Of a stretch of 20,780 nt of DNA, positions 1 through 8,078 are shown piece by piece. The stretch's first letter is position 1; every line of letters starts with the position of its first letter. Made by a program: the position numbers and the translations under genes. The notes beneath the pieces are model-generated. The model was not told where the DNA came from and ran no database searches. It was given only the letters and a program-made list of their open reading frames with translations. Source of the stretch: Octopus sinensis (Eukaryota); NCBI RefSeq assembly GCF_006345805.1, contig NW_021823895.1:1-20780 (forward strand), in the 5' to 3' direction.

Positions 1-122
1 CTGTCATTGAATACCAGAAGCACGAACACGAGGAACAGTAGTGAATCGTTTTCAACAAACTATTCATCAAATGTAAACATAGCAGGCTGGATACTGTGGG
101 TTTGAGACAGACGAGAAAAAGA

Positions 123-441
123 ATCATCATCAGCATCATCATCATCACCATCATCATCATTGTCGTCGTCGTCGTCGTTTAGCGTCCGCTTTCCATGGGT
201 TGGACGATTTGACTGAGGGCTGGCAAACCAGATGGCTGCACAGAGGCTCCAATCTTGATCTGGCAGAGTTTCTACAGCTGGATGCCCTTCCTAACGCCAA
301 CAACTCCGAGAGTGTAGTGGGTGCTTTTACGTGCCACCGGCACGAGAGCCAGTCAGGCGGTGCTGGCAACGGCCACACTCAAATGTATGTTTTTTACGTG
401 CCACCTGCACAGGAGCCAGTCCAGCGGCACTGGCAACGAAA
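123..441 (-). mobile_element. 3' end of an RTE-like LINE or LINE-tailed SINE with (ATG)n tail
   Basis: (CAT)n/(GTC)n run at about 123-178 next to GCTGGATGCCCTTCCTAACGCC, which resembles RTE-clade 3' UTR motifs. Internal imperfect duplication TTTTACGTGCCACC..GAGCCAGTC..CTGGCAACG at about 326 and about 392. Family assignment is from recalled similarity only. Confidence 0.55.
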
Positions 442-720
442 GTGTGTGCGTGTGTGTGTGTGTATGAGTCTTTGTGGGCATGTATGCGCGTACAGACGCG
501 CGCATGTGTGTGTGTGTGTAAGTATGTCAGTTTATATATGCGTTGACAAATGTCCATTCTCTCATCTGGTCTAAACCTCTCACCTATTCCTTAATGCTTG
601 TTCTCAAAGCCACTGCCCTGACCTCCTCTCGCCTGCCATATTTCTATGTCCTCCGCTTAATTCCATTTCTTTCTCTGCATATTTCCTATGAAACTCTTCC
701 AATGTTTTATTTCCCTTCAG

Positions 721-817
721 GTCTTCCTTCCTACTGATGACTCGGGCGTTTGGACCCTGGCTAAAATGTGGTATAACCTGGCGGATTCCAGCTACCATCA
801 ATCTGTTGTGCACCTAG
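721..817 (+). CDS. Lipoxygenase-family gene, first exon visible in window (internal exon; VFLPTDDSGVWTLAKMWYNLADSSYHQSVVHL-G)
   Basis: Pyrimidine tract plus AG at 719-720, GT donor at 818-819. The translation has the lipoxygenase W-x-L-A-K motif and the start of the H-Q-x3-H iron-binding motif (His codons 796-798 and 811-813). Ends in phase 1, matching the next exon. Confidence 0.93.
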
Positions 818-857
<40 letters not shown>

Positions 858-865
858 TATTTTTT

Positions 866-934
866 ATTCCATCGAGGTCGACTTTTCCTTTCGTCCTTTC
901 GGGATCGATAAATCAAGTACCAGTTACGTACTGG
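866..934 (+). mobile_element. Fragment of tRNA-derived SINE with Deu/Nin-like core
   Basis: GAGGTCGACTTTTCCTTTCGTCCTTTCGGGATCGATAAATCAAGTACCAGTTACGTACTGG is near-identical to the core of the copies at 11077, 12373 and 14341. Bounded by (ATT)n and (GGT)n tracts. Confidence 0.8.
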
Positions 935-1218
935 TGGCGGTGGCGGTGTGGTGGTGGTGGTGGCGGCGAGGGGGCGATGGTAGTGGGCATGGCGGTGGCA
1001 GTGGTGGCGTCATCGGCGGTGGTGGTGGTGGTGGCGGTGGTGGCGTCATCGGCGGTGGTTGTAGTGGTGGTGGTGTTGGTGGAGGTGGTGGTGGTGGTGG
1101 TGGTGATGGTGGTGGTGGTTGTGGTGGTGGTGGTGGTAGTTGTGGTGGCGGTGGTGGTATTTGTGGTGGTGGTGGTGGTGGTGGTAGTTGTGTGGTGGTG
1201 GTGGTGGTGGTGGTAGTG
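935..1218. repeat. Imperfect (GGT)n trinucleotide microsatellite
   Basis: Direct reading. Source of the spurious poly-Gly, Pro, Val and His ORFs. Confidence 0.95.
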
Positions 1219-1437
1219 TTGATGCTGATTTTGTTGCGTATAATTTTGATATCATTCATTGTTTGAGAAATACACCAACGACGCACCGAAAGTTTAATCG
1301 AAGCGACCCACCACATACGAAAGATGCTATGATCACGGCGGTTATTCTTTTTATAACCATTGGAGAAACAACAAAACAGAGATTTGATATTCACTTGAGC
1401 CCACCGTTCTATTTTTCATGCACACATATTTATAGCT

Positions 1438-2853
1438 GTGTGGAGGCGCAATGGCCCTGTGGTTAGGGCAGCGGAATCGCGGTCATAGGATCGCGGTTTC
1501 GATTCCCAGACCGGGCGTTGTGAGTGTTTATTGAACGAAAACACCTAAAAGCTCCACGAGGTTTCCGGCAGGGATGGTGGTGATCCCTGCTATACTCTTT
1601 CACCCAACTTTCTCTCACTCTTACTTCCTGTTTCTGTTTGTACCTGTATTTCAAAGGGTCGGCCTTGTCACTCTCTGTGTCACGCTGAATATCCCCGAGA
1701 ACTACGTTAAGGGTGCACGTGTCTGTGGAGTGCTCAGCCACTTACACGTTAATTTCACGAGCAGGCTGTTCCGTTAATCGAATCAACCGGAACCTCGTCG
1801 TCGTAACCGACGGAGTGCTCCAGCAGGGGATGTGGCGATCCCTGCTGTACTCTTTCACCACAAACTTTCTCTCACTCTTCTTTCCTGTTTCTGTTGTACC
1901 TGTATTTCAAGGGGCCGGCCTTGTCACTCTCTGTGTCACGCTGAATATCCCCGAGAACTACGTTAAGGGTGCACGTGTCTGTGGAGTGCTCAGCCACTTA
2001 CACGTTAATTTCACGAGCAGGCTGTTCCGTTAATCGAATCAACCGGAACCCTCGTCGTCGTAACCGACGGAGTGCTCCAGCAGGGGATGGTGGCGATCCC
2101 TGCTGTACTCTTTCACCACAACTTTCTCTCACTCTTACTTCCTGTTTCTGTTGTACCTGTATTTCAAGGGGCCGGCTTGTCACTCTCTGTGTCACGCTGA
2201 ATATCCCCGAGACTACGTTAAGGGTGCACGTGTCTGTGGAGTGCTCAGCCCTTACACGTTAATTTCACGAGCAAGGCTGTTTTTCCGTTAATCGAATCAC
2301 CGGAACCCTCGTCGTCGTACCGACGGAGTGCTCCAGCAGGGAATGGTGGCGATCCCTGCTGTACTCTTTCACCACAACTTTCTCTCACTCTTACTTCCTG
2401 TTTCTGTTGTACCTGTATTTCAAGGGCCGGCCTTGTCACTCTCTGTGTCACGCTGAATATCCCCGAGAACTACGTTAAGGGGCACGTGTCTGTGGAGTGC
2501 TCAGCCACTTACACGTTAATTTCACGAGCAGGCTGTTCCGTTAATCGAATCAACCGGAACCCTCGTCGCGTAACCGACGGAGTGCTCCGGCAGGGATGGT
2601 GGCGATCCCTGTGCTGTACTCTTTCACCACAACTTTCTCTCACTCTTACTTCCTGTTTCTGTTGTACCTGTATTTCAGGGGCCGGCCTTTCACTCTCTGT
2701 GTCACGCTGAATATCCCCGAGAACTACGTTAAGGGTGCACGTGTCTGTGGAGTGCTCAGCCACTTACACGTTAATTTCACGAGCAGGCTGTTCCGTTGAT
2801 TCGGATCAACCGGAACCCTCATCGTCGTAACCGACGGAGTGCTTCCATCCACC
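1438..2853 (+). mobile_element. tRNA-derived SINE whose 3' ~255 bp is tandemly repeated five times, with 10-bp TSD
   Basis: A-box-like TGGCCCTGTGG and B-box-like GGTTTCGATTCC in 1438-1510. Repeat units start at about 1569, 1824, 2081, 2337 and 2591. ATTTATAGCT at 1428-1437 and 2854-2863. Confidence 0.9.
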
Positions 2854-3227
2854 ATTTATAGCTACGTAAATTTAATTTCCAAGTTAGAGGGCCGTAACTC
2901 GTAAATATAGATGATGTTTGTCATCTCCAACATGAAGCTAGAGTTATTCCCCTTGCGGACGAAGTTATCTGCGAACGAAAAATTGTCTTATAGCAAAGAT
3001 CATACGTAGCTAATTGGTCTTAAATACGGCGAGAAGTGTTTTAGACTCGATGGAATTTCACCATTGAACTTCGTTTTCGATGGCAATATTAAGTAGCAGT
3101 AGCAGTAGTACCGCTTTCTACTTGTACCACAAGGTACGAGATATAAATGGCATGAGCGACCAAGACAAAATTTGCACATACAGGAGACTAAAAACTGGAA
3201 GAAACATCACTAGGCATCTTCATATTG

Positions 3228-3237
3228 CTATATACAT

Positions 3238-3290
<53 letters not shown>

Positions 3291-3291
3291 G

Positions 3292-3333
<42 letters not shown>

Positions 3334-3392
3334 TATGTATGTATGTATTATATATATATAATATGTATGTATGTATATATATATATTTATAT
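3228..3392. repeat. Compound (TA)n/(TG)n/(TATG)n microsatellite
   Basis: Direct reading. Confidence 0.95.
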
Positions 3393-3672
3393 ATTTCAAC
3401 AATTGAGGGTAAAATTAATTAATTATAATCAGTTTCACCAAGTGTCAGTTAAGGGAAAAGGGAACCATTATAGGCGAATTCAAAATATTACATTATATAT
3501 AGGGCCTTAGTAAAATAAATTACTTTGCCACATACTGACTCATTAGAATAGCAGCTAAAGAATTCTTCAGCTATTCTAATACTTAAAGAAGATCTCTCTC
3601 AGATAGTGTTTGCCTAAACTAACTCACAAAAGTATGGGGGGAAAAACATTAAAAAATCAAGTGCAAAGGTTA

Positions 3673-3728
3673 TTTGAGAACGTACGTTTCTAGATTAGTC
3701 AATTCGACATTTCTTTCTTCAGCTCAGA
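3673..3728 (-). ncRNA. Putative type I hammerhead ribozyme (copy 1 of the 555-bp unit)
   Basis: Reverse complement of the motif at 4122-4177. CTGAAGA at 3722-3716, GAAA at 3690-3687. Stem I is 4 bp, then a mismatch, then 1 bp in this copy. Confidence 0.5.
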
Positions 3729-4121
3729 ATTCCTTGAATCGATTTGGGAACACTTAAAGTCGGGAGCATACCCTTTCGGCTTCTAATCACCTATAGAATT
3801 CTGCTCGAACTAAAAGTGCTATCAAATTCGAATATGCAAGCGAAGAATTTCTTTCTGCTCTCCCCTTTCCACCAGCGTGGGTTAAAATTGACAAACACCA
3901 TGTATTAACAGTGAAAACCGCAGAATTTAGCAAGGAGAGATGAATTATAATTTCAACAATTGAGGGTAAAATTAATTAATTATTAATCAGTTTCACCAAG
4001 TGTTCAGTATGTAAAGGGACCATTATAGGCGAATTCAAAATATTACATTATATATAAGGTGATTAGAAGTCGAAAGGGTATGCTCCCGACTTTAAGTGTT
4101 CCCAAATCCGATTCAAGGAAT

Positions 4122-4177
4122 TCTGAGCTGAAGAAAGAAATGTCGAATTGACTAATCTAGAAACGTACGTTCTCAGA
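4122..4177 (+). ncRNA. Putative type I hammerhead ribozyme (copy 2)
   Basis: Stem I TCTGAG (4122-4127) / CTCAGA (4172-4177). Core CTGAAGA (4128-4134). Stem II AGA..GTC-GAATT-GAC..TCT. GAAA (4160-4163). Stem III ACG-TA-CGT. GUU triplet, with predicted cut after 4171. The base of stem II is A.A rather than the usual G-C. Confidence 0.6.
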
Positions 4178-4671
4178 TAACCTTTGCACTTGATTTTTTA
4201 ATGTTTTTTCCCCCATACTTTTGTGAGTTAGTTTAGGCAAACACTATCTGAGAGAGATCTTCTTTAAGTATTAGAATAGCTGAAGAAATTTCTTTAGCTG
4301 CTATTTCTAATGAGTTCAGTATTGGCAAAGTATTTATTTTACTAAGCCTTATATATAATGTAATATTTGAATTCGCCTATAATGGTCCCCTTACATACTG
4401 AACACTTGGTGAAACTGATTAATAATTAATTAATTTACCACCCTCAATTGTTGAAATTATAATTCATCTCTCTTTGCTAAATTCTGCGGTTTTCACTGTT
4501 AATACCTGGTGTTTGTCAATTTTAACCCCGCTGGTGGAAAGGGGAGACGAACTTCTTCGCTTGCATATTCGAATTTGATAGCACTTTTAGTTCGAGCAGA
4601 TTCTATAGGTGATTAGAAGCCGAAAGGGTATGCTCCCGACTTTAAGTGTTCCCAAATCCGATTCAAGGAAT

Positions 4672-4727
4672 TCTGAGCTGAAGAAAGAAATGTCGAATTG
4701 ACTAATCTAGAAACGTACGTTCTCAAA
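4672..4727 (+). ncRNA. Putative type I hammerhead ribozyme (copy 3)
   Basis: Same motif 550 nt downstream. Core 4678-4684, GAAA 4710-4713, predicted cut after 4721. Stem I TGAG/CTCA plus one further pair. Confidence 0.55.
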
Positions 4728-4913
4728 TAACCTTTGCACTTGATTTTTTATGTTTTTCCCCCATACTTTTGTGAGTTAGTTTAGGCAAATACTATCTGAG
4801 AGAGATCTTCTTTAAGTATTAGAAATAGCTGAAGAAATTTCTTTAGCTGCTATTTCTAATGAGTTCAGTATGTGGCAAAGTAATTTATTTTACTAAGCCC
4901 TTATATATAATGT

Positions 4914-4933
4914 TATATATTTATATATATATT

Positions 4934-4994
<61 letters not shown>

Positions 4995-5035
4995 ATATAT
5001 ATATATATGTATGTATGTATGTATATATATATATT

Positions 5036-5078
<43 letters not shown>

Positions 5079-5144
5079 ATATATATATATATATATATTA
5101 TGTATATGTGTGTGTGTATGTATATATATATATATATATATAAA

Positions 5145-5175
<31 letters not shown>
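4914..5175. repeat. Compound (TA)n/(TG)n/(TATG)n microsatellite
   Basis: Direct reading. Confidence 0.95.
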
Positions 5176-5180
<5 letters not shown>

Positions 5181-5424
5181 CTTGAGCAAGACACTTTATT
5201 TCACGTTGCTCCAGTTCACTCAGCTGTAGAAATGAGTTGCGACGTCACTGGTGCCAAACTGTATCAGCCCCTTTGCCTTTCCCTTGGATAACACTGGTGG
5301 CGAGGGAAGGCCGGTATGCATGGGCGACTGATGGTCTTCCATAAACAACCATGCCCAGACTTGTGACTAGGAGGGTAACTTTCTAGGTGCAATCCCATGG
5401 TCAGTGTCGTGACCGACGGGGGTC
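5176..5424 (+). mobile_element. 5'-truncated SINE (conserved central domain plus distinct tail)
   Basis: GTGTTCTTGAGCAAGACACTTTATTTCACGTTGCTCCAGTTCACTCAGCTG..AAATGAGTTG matches the central part of the minus-strand SINE at 18660-18984. The downstream sequence differs from it. Confidence 0.75.
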
Positions 5425-5436
5425 CCGGATCCCGGA

Positions 5437-5472
5437 TATATAATATATATATATATATATATAATATATATA

Positions 5473-5512
<40 letters not shown>

Positions 5513-5662
5513 TATATATATATATATAATACATATATATATATATATATATATACATATGGCAAATGAAAGACGGAAGATGGAATATAAGAGAATTTAT
5601 TATAATAAATTCTTGTATATTCCATCTTACGTCTTGCATACATATACACACACCACAAACAC

Positions 5663-5709
<47 letters not shown>

Positions 5710-5712
5710 GAT

Positions 5713-5746
<34 letters not shown>

Positions 5747-5805
5747 CATGCATACATACATGCATATATATGTGTGTGTATGTGTACGTGTGTGTGTGGG
5801 TGTAT
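5437..5805. repeat. Compound (TA)n/(CA)n microsatellite containing a 66-bp palindrome at 5570-5635
   Basis: Direct reading. Arms 5570-5601 and 5604-5635 match at 29/32 positions. Confidence 0.9.
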
Positions 5806-5966
5806 CAGTTAACAACAAAATGGAAAAAAGGGAAACATTTTCTTGTTCCTATCATCAACAATGAAATGTATAAACGATTGATATCACACCGCCAACAACA
5901 GCACTTCCCCTCCAACAGCAAAGCAATAAAATTCATTAAAACCCTTTAAACGAATATATTTTGCAG

Positions 5967-6084
5967 GTTTAACTCGTTTACTGATGCAAATGGTTGTCCT
6001 TGCCCTACACAGAAACATATCTGTGTCGCATCCAGTCTACAAGATTTTGGCACCTCACACACTTTACCTTTTGGCCATCAACGA
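5967..6084 (+). CDS. Lipoxygenase exon 2 in window (LTRLLMQMVVLALHRNISVSHPVYKILAPHTLYLLAIN-D)
   Basis: ttttgcAG acceptor (5965-5966), GTgagt donor (6085). The split codon G+GT = Gly joins exon 1. Contains the H-P-V-x-K-I-L-x-P-H lipoxygenase signature and LAIN. The expected His ligand codon is CGT (Arg, 5975-5977). Confidence 0.93.
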
Positions 6085-6616
6085 GTGAGTTCTGTTTTTG
6101 TATTTGATTTTTGTCTTTATTTTCTTTTGTCTTTCTGGCATTTTTTTCTCTTGTAATAGCAAGAGAGAACCTCTAATTTCCAGTCGCATTCTTCACAATT
6201 TGCCAACAATAAAAATTAAGGAAACAAATTTTTAAGTAGTAATATAAATGTTTGGTAAGATCAGTTGCTGTAAGGAGTTATGAAATATTTTTCAGATTGC
6301 CAAAAGTGCTAAAATGCATAGCCAAATCTTGCTCAGATTATATCTTACGTGTCTTAAATATATGAAAGACAAACTAGATGAAGTTATCCTTGAGGTACTT
6401 TCTGTCTGTATGCTATACCTAGGGACAATGGTGGTCATAGAACGCCATGTCAAAATCTGAGAGTTCAAACTTGGCCTTGGAGAAACAGAAAAGTGATTAC
6501 ACGTAGAGACTCCTCAAACACACGGCCGAATAAATTTTAATATAAGGAAACTCGTTCATGTGACATCAAGGCATGACCAATCTATAGCGAGTTTCTGTTA
6601 TATTTTATCAAACATC

Positions 6617-6647
<31 letters not shown>

Positions 6648-6664
6648 ATATATATTATATATAT

Positions 6665-6932
6665 GTATAACGGGAAGGTTTACGAAAATAAACAAAAGCG
6701 AAGGCAGGTAGAGTACAAACAAACAAATGTATTAGTATGGGCGCTCAGGAACAGAAATAAAACAAGTCTTTTACGTTTCGAGCCTACGCTCTTCGACAGA
6801 AAGATACACAGAAAAGAAACAAGGAGAGAAAAAAAATGCGTGTAGGAGCTAACGATCCAACATGGCGTTCTGATTTCAGGCAGAAGTCAGATATCAGAGG
6901 TCACACGTTAGACGCTAGAGGGATAGTAGGGG
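6665..6932 (-). mobile_element. (TA)n-embedded non-coding insert with minimal hammerhead variant (Penelope-like element fragment)
   Basis: (TA)n on both sides. The minus strand at 6804-6767 reads TCTTT-CTGTCGA-A-GAGC(GTAG)GCTC-GAAAC-GTA-AAAGA. Shares TATTAGTAT..CGCTCAGGAA and ACGTTTCGAGC..GCTCTTCG with the insert at 17101. Confidence 0.6.
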
Positions 6933-7364
6933 ATATATATATATATATATATATATACACCGCTTTGAATTTTGGCGCTCGCTGTTCAACGGTTATTTTT
7001 CCTCCAAGAACCAGTGGGAAGCAAGCTAACTCTTTAACCCGGATTAATTTGTGAATTCCCCTGAAGAGGAACGAAACCTTATTGGTTAAATTTCGAAGTC
7101 ATATGATAGGATCAAGTTACTTAATTCATCGAGTTTTATCTCGCTGGAAAAAGATGTTGTGGCTTGCTACTCGTAGTCCCTTTGGAAACTTCATGAGGTT
7201 GGCGATTTTGTGTGAGTACTGGAGTTATATTTCTAGCAATTGTAGATGCTGCTTTGCACCCTTATTCACGTATTCTACCTTTTTTGTCTTTATTTGCTTT
7301 AGCCACCTATTTTTTTATTCCTTTTTTAAAATTTTTTTTTATTCCTTTGATTTTATTTTTCCAG

Positions 7365-7457
7365 TTTTGCATTTGAAAAACTAGTATCGACTGAAGGTTT
7401 GGTCGATAAAGTAATGGCGATTGGACGAGATGGAATGTACGAACTTATCCATAACAG
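7365..7457 (+). CDS. Lipoxygenase exon 3 in window (FAFEKLVSTEGLVDKVMAIGRDGMYELIHN-S)
   Basis: T-rich tract plus ccAG (7363-7364), GTatgt donor (7458). Phase 2 at both ends. Fits the lipoxygenase arched-helix segment that follows LAIN. Confidence 0.9.
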
Positions 7458-7817
7458 GTATGTTATAAACGCAAATTATCCTGTGTCACCTGTGTCGTTG
7501 ATGAGGTTCAACAGATAGGTGTGAACATAGGTGTATTCAATAAGCAATAGGAAGCGCCCAGTCGCATGCTCTTACGTGAGAGTTGAGTCCAGTTTGTCTA
7601 AGCTTGGACTGTCATGTAATCACTCCGTGGCTGTTTCTTTCTTTTCTGGTAATCTATGTATAGGTCTGTGTGTGTGGTGGGGGGTGTCTCTCTCTGAATA
7701 TCTGCATGTTTTTTCTGTGTGCGTATATATCTACTATCTACTATTATATCTAATTTCCTTTGGATATACACGTTTTATATGCATCCGTACTGACTTTCTC
7801 ATTTGTAATGCTTTTAT

Positions 7818-8065
7818 TATACATATACATACATATATATATATGTATAATATATATATATATATAATATATACATATTATATATATAATACATATATAT
7901 ACATATATATATATACATATACATATATATATATGCATTATATATATATATATTATAATATATATCTATATATATATACATACATACATCATACATACAT
8001 ACATACATACATGCATACATATATAAAAGGAAGTATGTATTCTTATATGTATAAACTATTATATT
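7818..8065. repeat. (TA)n/(CATA)n microsatellite
   Basis: Direct reading. Confidence 0.95.
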
Positions 8066-8078
8066 TATTATTACTATA

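Larger units (their letters stand above)
3393..4913. mobile_element. ~555-bp non-coding unit in partial tandem plus inverted arrangement (retrozyme or Penelope-like element)
   Basis: TTTCAACAATTGAGGGTAAA at 3394 and 3951 (period 557). Orientation flips at 4058/4059. In the flipped part GTGATTAGAAG recurs at 4059 and 4609 (period 550). No ORF of 60 aa or more lies within it, and both ends abut TA-rich microsatellite. Confidence 0.8.

Noticed and set aside
1-720. Upstream lipoxygenase exon or promoter
   Set aside because: No frame encodes the expected P-I-A-I-Q-L segment. The region is intronic repeat sequence, and the gene start lies outside the window.
688-1394. Gly-rich, Pro-rich, Val-rich and His-rich ORFs (extensin-like or glycine-rich protein look-alikes)
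   Set aside because: All are frames of the (GGT)n and (ATT)n microsatellites. Only 721-817 is coding, and it is closed by a GT donor that joins the next lipoxygenase exon in phase.
1438-1510. tRNA-like sequences (also near 11077, 12373, 14554, 18984 and 20246)
   Set aside because: The A and B boxes run directly into SINE bodies and no complete cloverleaf is evident. These are SINE heads, not tRNA genes.
1463-2799. Repeated ORFs in the 255-bp array, and a possible CRISPR-like reading of the array
   Set aside because: They are translations of SINE tail copies broken by indels. The units are contiguous with no unique spacers, and the context is eukaryotic.
3220-5818. YI, HT and CV dipeptide ORFs (also at 7531-8100 and 16867-17694)
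   Set aside because: Stop-free frames of (TA)n, (CA)n and (TG)n repeats, with no coding signal.
818-5966. An alternative exon in intron 1 that would restore the missing His ligand (T-H-L-L-M-E)
   Set aside because: I found no second copy of this exon by eye in the intron or elsewhere in the window. A-to-I editing cannot convert CGT back to CAT.
6296-6394. 99-nt AG..GT segment that looks like an extra exon and is open in one frame (IAKSAKMHSQ...)
   Set aside because: The intron it sits in is phase 2, and in that frame it hits TGA. It has no lipoxygenase similarity, and exons 2 and 3 already join without a gap. At most an unsupported poison exon.
7061-7087. CTGAAGAG-GAAC-GAAACC-TTATT-GGTT hammerhead-like string
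   Set aside because: The core and a 2-3 bp stem III are present, but stem I does not pair (CCC against AAA) and stem II is a single pair. It could be a dead relic, but I cannot support it.
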